The notes: a model not told the origin generated them from the sequence alone. A stretch of 64,000 nt of DNA from an uncultured Gammaproteobacteria bacterium (GCA_964435035.1 CAYSXR010000003.1:19553-83552); one strand, 5' to 3'. Counted from the stretch's first letter, positions 21,347 to 33,885 are shown. Numbers and translations: made by a program.

Positions 21347-22129
21347 ATGAAATACCCTAGCATTCTCGAAATGCTTCAGTCTGGAGTTCATTTCGGACAC
21401 AAGAATTCACGATGGCATCCTAAGATGAAGCCATTCATCTTTACGGAGCGCAATCAGGTGCATATTATCAATCTTGAGGAGACAGAGAAACAGTTGAAAG
21501 AAGTATTGCCTCTCGTCAAATCTATGGCTGCAGAAGGTAAGAAGATTTTGTTTGTAACAACGAAGCCTCAGGCGCGTGAAATTGTAAAAGCTGCGGCACT
21601 CGACTGTAACATGCCATTCCTTACTGAGCGATGGCTTGGTGGAATGATTACCAATTTTTCTGAAATCAAAAAGCTTATTCGCCGCTACGTAGAAATGAAG
21701 GACAAACAGGCAAAAGGCGAACTTGGACACTATACTAAAAAAGAACAACTTGAGATCGCGAAAGATCTTGAGAAAAAAGATGGATATTTGGGAGGTTTGG
21801 CTACACTTACTCGTATGCCTGATGTCATCTTTATCCCTTCAATGCAGCGAGAAAAAACTGCGGTGACTGAAGCAAACAGCATGGGAGTTGAAATTATCGG
21901 AGTTTGTGATACGAATGCAAACCCTGATAAGGCAACGTACGTAATTCCTGCGAATGATGACGCGGTCAAATCAATCGAAATGATTGTGGGGCTTGTGCGT
22001 GATGCGATCAAGGAAGGTAATGTTGAATTCGAAAAAGCAAATGCAGCACGAATTGCTGCACAGCCAAAACCAGTAGTAAAGAAAAAGGTTGAAGCTGAAG
22101 CAGCGCCTGTCGTTATTGCAAGCTCTTAA
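21347..22129 (+). CDS. rpsB: 30S ribosomal protein uS2
   Basis: GVHFGH, WHPKMKPFI, RWLGGM, DTNANP, IPANDD. Confidence 0.98.
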   Translation: MKYPSILEMLQSGVHFGHKNSRWHPKMKPFIFTERNQVHIINLEETEKQLKEVLPLVKSMAAEGKKILFVTTKPQAREIVKAAALDCNMPFLTERWLGGMITNFSEIKKLIRRYVEMKDKQAKGELGHYTKKEQLEIAKDLEKKDGYLGGLATLTRMPDVIFIPSMQREKTAVTEANSMGVEIIGVCDTNANPDKATYVIPANDDAVKSIEMIVGLVRDAIKEGNVEFEKANAARIAAQPKPVVKKKVEAEAAPVVIASS

Positions 22130-22155
22130 ATTTTTCTTTAATCGTGTATACTAAT

Positions 22156-22240
22156 GGAACACGGATTGAGCGGATTGAGCGGAATTGGAACGAATGAATT
22201 CTGTCCAAACTCTGTCAAATTCTGTGTGATCCGTGTTCTA
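22156..22240. repeat. Inverted 9-10-mer repeat element (GAACACGGAT...ATCCGTGTTC)
   Basis: Terminal inverted repeat with internal CGGATTGAG units. A half-copy lies at 20685-20730. Confidence 0.7.
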
Positions 22241-22263
22241 TTTGATTTATAACCTAATATAGT

Positions 22264-22914
22264 ATGTCTATTAATGCTTCTGACATTGCAAAACTCCGTG
22301 CGCAGACTGGCGCCGGCATTCTTGATTGTAAAAAGGCTCTTGAAGAAACAAATGGAGACTTTGAAGCAGCGATTGATTGGCTTCGCAAAAAAGGCGCTGC
22401 CAAGGCTGCAAAGCGTGCTGATAAAATAGCTGCTGAAGGAAAAATCTTTACCTATCTTCATGGTGCTGGAAAAATTGGTGTCATGCTTGAGCTTAACTCT
22501 GAAACAGATTTTGTTGCAGGAAATGAAAAATTTATAGAACTTGGACAAAGTATCGCGCTTCATATTGCTGCAATGAATCCAAAGTATCTTTCACGAGAAG
22601 AAGTATCTACTGAAGATCTCGCTCGCGAATCTGCCGTGTATCGTGATCAGCTGGTAGCTGAAGGAAAACCAGCGGAGATGATTGAGAAGATTTTGGTAGG
22701 TAAAATGGGAAAATATTACTCTGAAGTTTGTTTGCTTGAACAGGCCTTCATCAAAGATGAAGAAAAAACAATTGAACAGCTTCTCACTGCTGCAACGGGA
22801 GAAATTGGAGAGAAAATTAGTCTCAGACGTTTTGCACGATTTGAAGTAGGAGAAGGAATTGCAAAGAAGCAAACTGATTTTGTAGCAGAAGTACAGGAAC
22901 AGATGGGCGGTTAA
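22264..22914 (+). CDS. tsf: Elongation factor Ts (short form)
   Basis: LRAQTGAGILDCKKAL, ELNSETDFVA, RFEVGEG. Confidence 0.97.
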   Translation: MSINASDIAKLRAQTGAGILDCKKALEETNGDFEAAIDWLRKKGAAKAAKRADKIAAEGKIFTYLHGAGKIGVMLELNSETDFVAGNEKFIELGQSIALHIAAMNPKYLSREEVSTEDLARESAVYRDQLVAEGKPAEMIEKILVGKMGKYYSEVCLLEQAFIKDEEKTIEQLLTAATGEIGEKISLRRFARFEVGEGIAKKQTDFVAEVQEQMGG

Positions 22915-22928
22915 ACTATAGATTTTTT

Positions 22929-23786
22929 ATGAAGAATTTTTTCTTTGTTTTGTCGTTTTCATTGCTGGTGAGCGGATGTTCAATTACCTCATCTTCTTTA
23001 GTTTCTCGGAATAGTGCAGATACTAATACATCTGACTTGAATCAGGAATACTTAATGGCTCCTGCTTCACTTTTTGATCCTGATGCAGAGGAAATCGTGC
23101 AAAAAATTAATCCCCAAATGAATCAAGGGTCGCTTGAACAGTATATGGGGTACGTTTGGTGGATTACTCCGGATGAATTTAATATTTTTATCCAAAATAC
23201 ACCGGGCACTTCTATCTCAGTGTCTAATCAATCTGCTAATGACTTTGAGACTGTCTTTCAGAGAGTAGTGGATAATACTGATAAGATTCTTTTGGAAGAA
23301 GGTTTTATTGTTAATACGCGTAATTCTTCGGAGAATCTGAAGGATGATATTTTTTATGATTATGTACGTGGATATGAAAATACGAAAAAAGGGCTTGTTT
23401 GTACGCTAACGCTTGATGGAGATACATATCGACTTTCAGAATCAGTAGCTCCTACGGATGGTCAGGGTTTTACATTTAGTTGTTCAACTAGACTCCAAAG
23501 ATCATATAATGAACAAGTTCCATTGTTGCGAGGATTAGACAGAGATCACTCTGGTCTGGTAGTGACTCAAATTGATAAGATGATTGGAGATTTTGTTGTT
23601 GTGAGTCTGCACGGACGAAGAGCTGGAACTCAAGCTGTATTGAAAAAAGAGAATGGTGCATATCACTCAATTTTTTATATGCAGGAGCCACCTTCTTGTG
23701 AAATTGTAGATAAATATAACATTCCAGAAGAAATATACGAAGAATGTTACTTGCCTGATAATATTAGTATCCGAACTCGACAATAA
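22929..23786 (+). CDS. Hypothetical lipoprotein
   Basis: Lipobox LVSGC after a hydrophobic signal. Confidence 0.7.
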   Translation: MKNFFFVLSFSLLVSGCSITSSSLVSRNSADTNTSDLNQEYLMAPASLFDPDAEEIVQKINPQMNQGSLEQYMGYVWWITPDEFNIFIQNTPGTSISVSNQSANDFETVFQRVVDNTDKILLEEGFIVNTRNSSENLKDDIFYDYVRGYENTKKGLVCTLTLDGDTYRLSESVAPTDGQGFTFSCSTRLQRSYNEQVPLLRGLDRDHSGLVVTQIDKMIGDFVVVSLHGRRAGTQAVLKKENGAYHSIFYMQEPPSCEIVDKYNIPEEIYEECYLPDNISIRTRQ

Positions 23787-23880
23787 GATAAAAAAGCAAG
23801 GGAAACCTTGCTTTTTTGTTTTGGAAATGATACAAGATGCTAGAATTCCTCAATTACAATTTCATACCAGGGGCTGGATC

Positions 23881-24657
23881 ATGAGTACTCAGGCTGCGAA
23901 TTCGTCGACCAACAAGAGTGCAATGGAGTGGAATCGTGCATTCCTTCACGCGGGTGTCATCGGGGTACTCGCCATCGTGGTGGGACAGCTTCTCCCGTTC
24001 ACCGAATGGGAGAAGATCTCCTGGGCTGAGAGGGTCGGATGGGGGCTTACCTTCGTCGATGTCCTGGTGCGCATTCCACTCTACCACTACTTCGTAAAAG
24101 GACGGGAGTGTGAAACACGTCCGTGGCGGGTGAGGGTGAAAAAGATTTTCCTCATACTGGAGGCGCCGTTACTACGCTTCGGTCTGATTCGTGAAGACAG
24201 TGAGCGTGAGTTTCCGACGACAGTGGTCCATGCCACGCTCGGAATTCTCCTTTCGATCGGTATCGGGCTTCCGCTATGGTCTGTCGTCCCCGCTGTTCTC
24301 ATTTTCGGATTCGGTGACCCTGCCGCTCGCCTCGTCGGTGTGCGTATTGGGGGGCGTCTTTTCTGGAAACGTGGGAGCAAGAAGACGTGGTCGGGAGTTC
24401 TCGGGTATTTCTATGTAGGAAGCTTTGCTGGGCTGCTTACAGCATTTCTTCAACCGGAATATCCTCTGTATCCTCCTGAAATTTTTTCTGGAGCACGAAT
24501 CGCAGCTGCTGTGCTCGTCACTGCTGCGGTCGGCGCTTTCTTCGAGTCCATGTGTGAGAAAGACGGTACGTGGTTTTCGAAGATGTTTGATGACAATCTC
24601 GTCGTACCTTTTGTCGGTTCAGTGGCATTCTATGCCATCGCGACTGCTGGGGTCTGA
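23881..24657 (+). CDS. Polyprenol/phytol/dolichol kinase-like (CTP-dependent) membrane protein (GC-richer cassette)
   Basis: R..LH, GFGDPAARLVG..G, KKTWSG and DDNLVVP motifs. Confidence 0.75.
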   Translation: MSTQAANSSTNKSAMEWNRAFLHAGVIGVLAIVVGQLLPFTEWEKISWAERVGWGLTFVDVLVRIPLYHYFVKGRECETRPWRVRVKKIFLILEAPLLRFGLIREDSEREFPTTVVHATLGILLSIGIGLPLWSVVPAVLIFGFGDPAARLVGVRIGGRLFWKRGSKKTWSGVLGYFYVGSFAGLLTAFLQPEYPLYPPEIFSGARIAAAVLVTAAVGAFFESMCEKDGTWFSKMFDDNLVVPFVGSVAFYAIATAGV

Positions 24658-24836
24658 ACGATTCGTGCCGGACGCTACCTCAAGAGGTTCGTCCGGCATT
24701 CGCTTTTTGTATGCATAACTCTACCTTGACGAATCGACCTTTTTATGGTAGACTGAGTTTATATTAATTCATCCCGATTTATCGGGACCGGACCGCAAAA
24801 GACATGCCTGCTGCGCGCCCGATAACGAATGCATGT

Positions 24837-25187
24837 ATGCTATCAAAACTAAAGAAGCAGCGTTTAATCACCAAGTATCAGACTCATGAGGGAGATACTG
24901 GTTCTACCGAGGTACAGATCGCTATCCTTACTGCAGAAATCGAGGAGTTGGCGTCACATTTGAAAACACACGCAAAAGACCATTCAAGTCGCCGAGGATT
25001 GCTCCGAAAAGTAGGAGAACGTCGCAGATTGCTCAAATATTTGCAGCGTGAAAACATGGCTTCATACGAGCAGTTGGTCGTGAAACTCAATTTGAAACAA
25101 GCAAAACAGTTTATTGAAATAGAAAAAATCGAAGATGAAGAGGAAGTAGAAGTAGAAACACATGAAGAATCCGAAAAAACAGCTTAA
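24837..25187 (+). CDS. rpsO: 30S ribosomal protein uS15 with an acidic C-terminal extension
   Basis: HEGDTGSTEVQIAILT, KDHSSRRGLL. Confidence 0.96.
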   Translation: MLSKLKKQRLITKYQTHEGDTGSTEVQIAILTAEIEELASHLKTHAKDHSSRRGLLRKVGERRRLLKYLQRENMASYEQLVVKLNLKQAKQFIEIEKIEDEEEVEVETHEESEKTA

Positions 25188-25716
25188 TTATAATCCTTTG
25201 AAACACCCCGATCAACGCGTTGGGGTGTTTATTGATGTGCAGAATATGTATTATTCTGCCAAAAATTTATTTCAGCAGAAGGTAAATTTTGGAGCGATTG
25301 TAAAAGAAGCGGTAGGGAATCGCAAGCTTATTCGAGCGATTGCTTATGTGGTTCGTACTGAAGCTCAGGATGAACAGCCGTTTTTTGAAGCATTGTATAA
25401 TCTTGGAATCGAAACACGTGAAAAGGATTTGCAGATTTTTAGCAGTGGAATGAAAAAAGCTGATTGGGATGTAGGTCTTGCGGTTGATGCAATTCGTCTT
25501 TCTCAGAGTCTTGATGCAATTGTTATTGTGTCAGGAGATGGAGATTATTTACCGCTCGTTGAATATTTACGAAGTATGGGTAAGCAGGTTGAGGTTCTCG
25601 CATTTGGAGAAACCACTTCATCACTTCTAAGAGATTCGGTTGATGATTATATTGATATGAGTGAGAATAAGGAAATGTATTTGATTGCTAATTTTCGAAA
25701 GCGGGTAAAACCATAA
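25162..25716 (+). CDS. NYN domain (LabA/DUF88) protein
   Basis: FIDVQNMY, KADWDVGLAVD, SGDGDY. Confidence 0.9.
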   Translation: MKNPKKQLNYNPLKHPDQRVGVFIDVQNMYYSAKNLFQQKVNFGAIVKEAVGNRKLIRAIAYVVRTEAQDEQPFFEALYNLGIETREKDLQIFSSGMKKADWDVGLAVDAIRLSQSLDAIVIVSGDGDYLPLVEYLRSMGKQVEVLAFGETTSSLLRDSVDDYIDMSENKEMYLIANFRKRVKP

Positions 25717-25805
25717 CATTGATTTAAACTGATTAAGGACAGATTACGCAGAAAATGCGAAATCAAATCAGTTTAAATCCGTATTAATCTGTCTAAATCA
25801 ATGTT
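25714..25805. repeat. MITE-like family A copy
   Basis: TAACATTGATT...AATCAATGTT termini. Confidence 0.8.
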
Positions 25806-25912
25806 TTAATTTAAAGAATGATGGTCGTAGAACATCTAGGTCAGTAAAGTCTATGTCGGACTTCACCAGATCTATCGCTCTATGATCATCGTTCGCTAAT
25901 TATATAGCGACT

Positions 25913-28141
25913 ATGTTACAGCCAAAACAGTGGTCAATTGAGTGGGGTGGTAGAACTCTCACGATTGAGACCGGACGATTTGCACTTCAGGCACTTGCTT
26001 CATGTACCGTAAAATACGGTGACACACTTATTCTTGCGACTGTCATGAGAAGTACTGAGCCACGAGATGGAATTGATTATTTCCCCCTCATGGTAGATTT
26101 TGAAGAAAAATTGTATGCAGCAGGAAGAATTAAGGGCTCTCGTTTTATCAAACGAGAAGGAAGACCAAGTGATGATGCAATTCTTACTGCTCGATTAATT
26201 GATCGTGCAATTCGACCGTTGTTTAATGATGCTACTCGCACTGATGTACAGGTGGTGATTACTCCTCTTTCAGTAGACGGAGAACATGATGCGGCAATTG
26301 TAGGTATGATCGGAGCGTCTGCAGTACTGTCTCTTTCATCGGTACCATGGAATGGTCCGATTGCAGGAGCACGTATTGGAATGGATGAGAATGGTACATT
26401 TATTTTAAATGTTACTTCAACACAAATGGAAGCAAATTCTATGCTTGATTTGTTTGTTGCAGGGACCCCTGAAAAATTAGTGATGGTGGAAGCTGCTGCG
26501 CGTGAAGTTCCTGAATCAGTCGTACTCGAAGCTATGAAATGGGGGAGTAATGAATTGAAACCGGTAGTGGAACTTATTACAAAAATTCAAAAAGAAGTTG
26601 GAAAAGAAAAAGAAATATCAACTCCAGGAGAAATGAGCGACGCAGACCGAGCAAAACAAGCCTTCAAAGAGTACGTCACTTCACAGGTAGAAAGTGTCGT
26701 ATTCAATTCTCCAAAAATTACTCGAGCTGATCGCTATGGAGCACTTGATGCACTCAAAAAAGGTGGAAAAGAACATTTGCTTTCACTTGGTTTTGAATTA
26801 GATGTAATTAAAAAAGCGCTCAATCAAGTAAAGTCGTATGTTGCTGAAGAAGTAACTGCTGCTATTCTGAAAAAGGGCACTCGACTTGATGGACGATCAC
26901 TTACTGAAATTCGTGAATTACAAACTGATATTGATTTGATTCCTCGTGTACATGGTAGTGCCATGTTTATGCGTGGAGATACTCAGGTACTCTCAATTGT
27001 AACTCTCGGAGCTCCGGGCGATGTACAGACACTTGATAGTATGGAAGAAGTGGGAACTAAGCGCTATATGCATCACTATAATGATGCACCATATACCTAT
27101 GGAGAAGTTTCTCCTATTCGTGGACCTGGTCGCCGAGCTATTGGACACGGTGCGCTTGCAGAGCGTGCTCTTGAGCCTGTATTACCTACACAAGCTGATT
27201 TCCCCTATACCATTCGTGTGGTATCAGAAGTAATGGGATCAAATGGTTCGAGTTCAATGGCTTCAACCTGTGGATCAACCATGTCTCTTATGGCAGCGGG
27301 AGTTCCAATTAAAAAAGCTGTAGCTGGAATTGCGATGGGTCTTGCTTCAAATGACAAGGGGGATTGGAAAGTTTTGACTGATTTGCAAGATGTAGAAGAT
27401 GGTCCTGGTGGAATGGATTTCAAAATTGCAGGAACTGCAGACGGTATTACTGCTATTCAGATGGATACCAAAACCAATGGACTTACCTGGGATATTGTTG
27501 ATACTACTATTGCACAAGCACGCGTTGCACGACTTGAAATCCTTGGTGTCATGGCTTTGAAAATTTCTGCTGCTCGACCAGACTTATCTCCATTTGCTCC
27601 TCGCATTGTCACTATTACGATTAATCCAGAACGTATCCGAGATGTGATTGGTCCTGGTGGAAAGACTATTAATAAAATTATTGATGAAACGGGAGTACAG
27701 ATTGATATTGAACAGGATGGACGTGTCATGATTACTTCAAATGATGGTGAGGCAATGAAAAAAGCTGTTGCAATTGTTGAACAATTGACTCATGAAATTA
27801 CTGCAGGGGAAAAGTATGAAGGAAAAGTAAGTCGACTCGAAGATTTTGGAGCATTTGTTGAAATTCTTCCTGGCAAAGATGGGCTTGTACATGTGAGTGA
27901 AATCGCATGGGAGAGGACCAATAAGCCAAGTGATGTTTTGAAACTTGGTGATACGGTGAAAGTACAAGTAAAAGAAATCGACAATCTTGGGCGCGTGAAT
28001 CTTTCAATGAAAGCGTTGCTTCCAAAACCAGAAGGATATGTAGAGCAGCCACGTGAAGAGCGAAGTTTTGCTCCTCGTCGCGGTGGGAATGATCGAGGTG
28101 GATTCCGTGGAGGAAACAGTCGTGGACCTCGAAGACCATAA
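25913..28141 (+). CDS. pnp: Polyribonucleotide nucleotidyltransferase (PNPase)
   Basis: Two RNase PH domains (SNGSSSMAS, MDFKIAG), KH and S1. Confidence 0.98.
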   Translation: MLQPKQWSIEWGGRTLTIETGRFALQALASCTVKYGDTLILATVMRSTEPRDGIDYFPLMVDFEEKLYAAGRIKGSRFIKREGRPSDDAILTARLIDRAIRPLFNDATRTDVQVVITPLSVDGEHDAAIVGMIGASAVLSLSSVPWNGPIAGARIGMDENGTFILNVTSTQMEANSMLDLFVAGTPEKLVMVEAAAREVPESVVLEAMKWGSNELKPVVELITKIQKEVGKEKEISTPGEMSDADRAKQAFKEYVTSQVESVVFNSPKITRADRYGALDALKKGGKEHLLSLGFELDVIKKALNQVKSYVAEEVTAAILKKGTRLDGRSLTEIRELQTDIDLIPRVHGSAMFMRGDTQVLSIVTLGAPGDVQTLDSMEEVGTKRYMHHYNDAPYTYGEVSPIRGPGRRAIGHGALAERALEPVLPTQADFPYTIRVVSEVMGSNGSSSMASTCGSTMSLMAAGVPIKKAVAGIAMGLASNDKGDWKVLTDLQDVEDGPGGMDFKIAGTADGITAIQMDTKTNGLTWDIVDTTIAQARVARLEILGVMALKISAARPDLSPFAPRIVTITINPERIRDVIGPGGKTINKIIDETGVQIDIEQDGRVMITSNDGEAMKKAVAIVEQLTHEITAGEKYEGKVSRLEDFGAFVEILPGKDGLVHVSEIAWERTNKPSDVLKLGDTVKVQVKEIDNLGRVNLSMKALLPKPEGYVEQPREERSFAPRRGGNDRGGFRGGNSRGPRRP

Positions 28142-28156
28142 TGATTTTAAATAAGC

Positions 28157-28183
28157 AAAGCCCCGTCGTATGGCGGGGTTTTG
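28157..28183 (+). terminator. Intrinsic terminator after pnp
   Basis: AAAGCCCCGTC-GTAT-GGCGGGGTTTT. Confidence 0.75.
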
Positions 28184-28211
28184 ACTTTTGCGTTATTTTT
28201 GAGTATTGTTA

Positions 28212-28316
28212 GGGCGGGTGAGGTGGATATCAACGTATGTAAGCCGGAGCTCTTCATTGAGTGACGGCGGTGATAGGGTAACGACTCATGTATTGAGGTG
28301 TCCACCCCACCCACTT
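28212..28316 (+). ncRNA. Candidate unassigned structured ncRNA (~105 nt rod-like hairpin)
   Basis: 5' GGGTGAGGTGGATATC pairs with 3' GGTGTCCACCCCACCC using G-U pairs, which favours the + strand. Promoter TTGACT(28181)-17-TATTGT. Confidence 0.5.
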
Positions 28317-28399
28317 CAATCAAATATACGCCGCAGTGGTGTCACGTAAAGCGACGTGGTCGCCACGTGACAAAGATTATTTTTTACAATTTAATATAC

Positions 28400-28481
28400 G
28401 CCGCAGTGGTGAAATTGGTATACACGCGTGCCTTAGGAGCACGTACCTTCGGGTGTGAGAGTTCGAGTCTCTCCTGCGGCA
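28400..28481 (+). tRNA. tRNA-Leu(UAG)
   Basis: GCCGCAG/CTGCGGC acceptor stem, CGTGC-CTTAGGA-GCACG anticodon arm, long variable arm, GTTCGAG T-loop, no encoded CCA. Confidence 0.95.
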
Positions 28482-28623
28482 CTATTTCAAATAAAAAGCT
28501 TTAAATTAAGGCTTTTTATTTTTGTTTGTTATTGACAAAATACATTATTTGGAATATACTCTTGCAGCTTTGAGATAGGTATGTCTCGAGTAATCACGCG
28601 CAATCAGGGTAGGAGTTACCACC

Positions 28624-29436
28624 GTGTCTAAGTTTCCGTCACAGTTTCTCTGTTCCCTCATCTACTTCTTCTCGTTCAACCTGACCGGGTGCTATGACCC
28701 GCTACCCCTCGAGCAGTCTCGGCCATCGATGATCTCGATCGGGGGCTCGATCGATCCTGTGCCTTCTTCTTCAGAGAAAGGCATCATCAAGTCGGAGGAG
28801 TATGTCTTCGCCGAGACCAACGTGTCGGAGATGTTCCTCGAGACCATCACCGGCTCGAACTCGAAGGATGAGACCACCTGTCTCACCAAGGATTTCCTGG
28901 CTGTGTCTGAGGAACTCCCTCGAGGTCCTCTCGCGTGCGAAAAAGATGAGCTCGTGTACCGGGTCCGCATCATCAACTGCGGCTCGGGTAAGCTCACCCT
29001 CACGGCACTCAACTTCCTGTTTGAGATCCCCAAGATCATGAACGGCGAAGATGCAGAACGTCGACTCTTTGATGGTGAGCAGAAGCGTACTCAACGACTG
29101 CGCAGCATCAGTGTGTGCGACATGAACAACACGGACTGGTGCCGTGATGCTACGGTGGAACGTATCAACGGGAAGAGCGCACAAATCTCTGTTGCCCTGA
29201 ACGATGAAAAGGTTGTCGTTCTTGAGCCGAAGAAAGATTGGGTCTTCGACGTGAAGGCAACACGTCACTGCACCAGAACTACAACGAGCCTTCTGCGGCT
29301 GGACACCCGGCTCATCGAGGTAAAGGGTATGAATGATGCAGTCCAAGAGGACGAGAACATCGTTGGTGGGATTCTCAATCCGCGCCAGAAGAACGTGATC
29401 TCGGGGTGGGAATCTCCACCTGTCTATCGGCCCTGA
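28624..29436 (+). CDS. Orphan lipoprotein (GC-richer cassette)
   Basis: GTG start with SD AGGAG, lipobox LTGC, promoter TTGACA(28532)-17-TATACT and a downstream GC hairpin. Confidence 0.65.
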   Translation: MSKFPSQFLCSLIYFFSFNLTGCYDPLPLEQSRPSMISIGGSIDPVPSSSEKGIIKSEEYVFAETNVSEMFLETITGSNSKDETTCLTKDFLAVSEELPRGPLACEKDELVYRVRIINCGSGKLTLTALNFLFEIPKIMNGEDAERRLFDGEQKRTQRLRSISVCDMNNTDWCRDATVERINGKSAQISVALNDEKVVVLEPKKDWVFDVKATRHCTRTTTSLLRLDTRLIEVKGMNDAVQEDENIVGGILNPRQKNVISGWESPPVYRP

Positions 29437-29601
29437 TATTAGCCAGTTCTTTACGGGGATGATCACCCGAGCAATTCCATGCTCGGTGCCGTTCATCAAG
29501 GAGACAACCAACCTGGTTCCCGCGCAACTCAAGTGCGGGAACCGGATGTCTAGTGAAAATCATGCGTTGGTTTTTAGTAAACATCTTGGAAATGAAAACA
29601 C

Positions 29602-29715
29602 AATTATTCTAATTGTTCTAATTTCTAAATAAATTCAAAATTCAGTTGAGTTTTGAAATTTGTATTTGGTATTTTATTAGGTTAATTAGAATAATTAGAG
29701 CACTTAGGTCAATTA
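29602..29715. repeat. Family B inverted repeat element with a nested 7-mer-like core
   Basis: AATTATTCTAATTGTTCT...TTAGGTTAATTAGAATAATT. Confidence 0.65.
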
Positions 29716-29722
29716 TTTTTTT

Positions 29723-30001
29723 ATGAATCGCATCGACACACAATTTTTTGAACACATGCAGAATATTCCAGTCATCGATTTGCATGGTTTACGTGCTGAT
29801 GAAGTGCGGGAAACATTGAATTTTGAATTGAATAAACTAGTTGTGAATAAGTGCGATTTTTGTCGTGTTGTGCACGGGGTAGGGGAGGGAGTTTTGGCAC
29901 GTATTATTGAAGAGGAATTATCACAAAATCCCCTGGTTGAGGCATTTTTTCGTGACTCTCATGGGGGTTCGACAACGGTACGCTTTTATCCACACCGGTA
30001 A
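29723..30001 (+). CDS. Smr/MutS-related domain protein
   Basis: IDLHGL...VVHGVGEGVL...GGSTTV. Confidence 0.9.
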   Translation: MNRIDTQFFEHMQNIPVIDLHGLRADEVRETLNFELNKLVVNKCDFCRVVHGVGEGVLARIIEEELSQNPLVEAFFRDSHGGSTTVRFYPHR

Positions 30002-30039
30002 AACTTGACAGGGCATATAAAACCTTGTACTATGTGCGA

Positions 30040-30237
30040 GCGTGAACAAGTCCCGAGTTTTCTCGGACCATGTCCAAAAACACACGCAATTCAGTTTGGA
30101 CCTCTGGGTAACACAACTATCGTACTTCTACATCCTGAACACATGGTGTACACAAGATACAACTCGTTGTTACTCTAAGTATCCAAGCGGATATAAACAT
30201 GATCTATGTTTTGAACCGCTGACGCGGTTCTTTTTTT
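30040..30237 (+). ncRNA. Candidate sRNA or attenuator-like leader upstream of 23S
   Basis: Promoter TTGACA(30005)-17-TACTAT, internal stems, and terminator GAACCGC-TGAC-GCGGTTC-T7 (30213-30237). Confidence 0.4.
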
Positions 30238-30413
30238 ATCAAAAAACTCTTACGACTTTTAGATCGCAGTCTGTACAATAAAAAATATTGCATAGACTGC
30301 GCGCCGAAAGGTACTCGCGATAAGTGATCATTACAATTGAACCAATGAAAGTAATAAAGCAAAATTGCGAATATTTCGGCTACGGTTGAAATACGCAATC
30401 TAATTGTAAGTTA

Positions 30414-30425
30414 GCATCTTTGAAT
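30414..30425 (+). promoter_or_regulatory. boxA-like rRNA antitermination element
   Basis: GCATCTTTGAAT just before the 23S processing stem. Confidence 0.5.
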
Positions 30426-30452
30426 ATACATGAAACACAATTGCGTGTTTCT

Positions 30453-33808
<3,356 letters not shown>

Positions 33809-33885
33809 AGAAACACAGAGTTGTGTTTCGAAGAATGCTACTGCAATTAATGCTTGTTACTTCAAAATTATAACTGAGTATAGAA

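Noticed and set aside
28771-29532. 253-aa minus-strand ORF (and likewise 34017..34622 and 53526..54119)
   Set aside because: These are antisense shadows of genes that have better promoter, SD or motif support.
28484-29600. Integrative element at the tRNA-Leu 3' end
   Set aside because: No integrase and no duplicated tRNA 3' end were found downstream.
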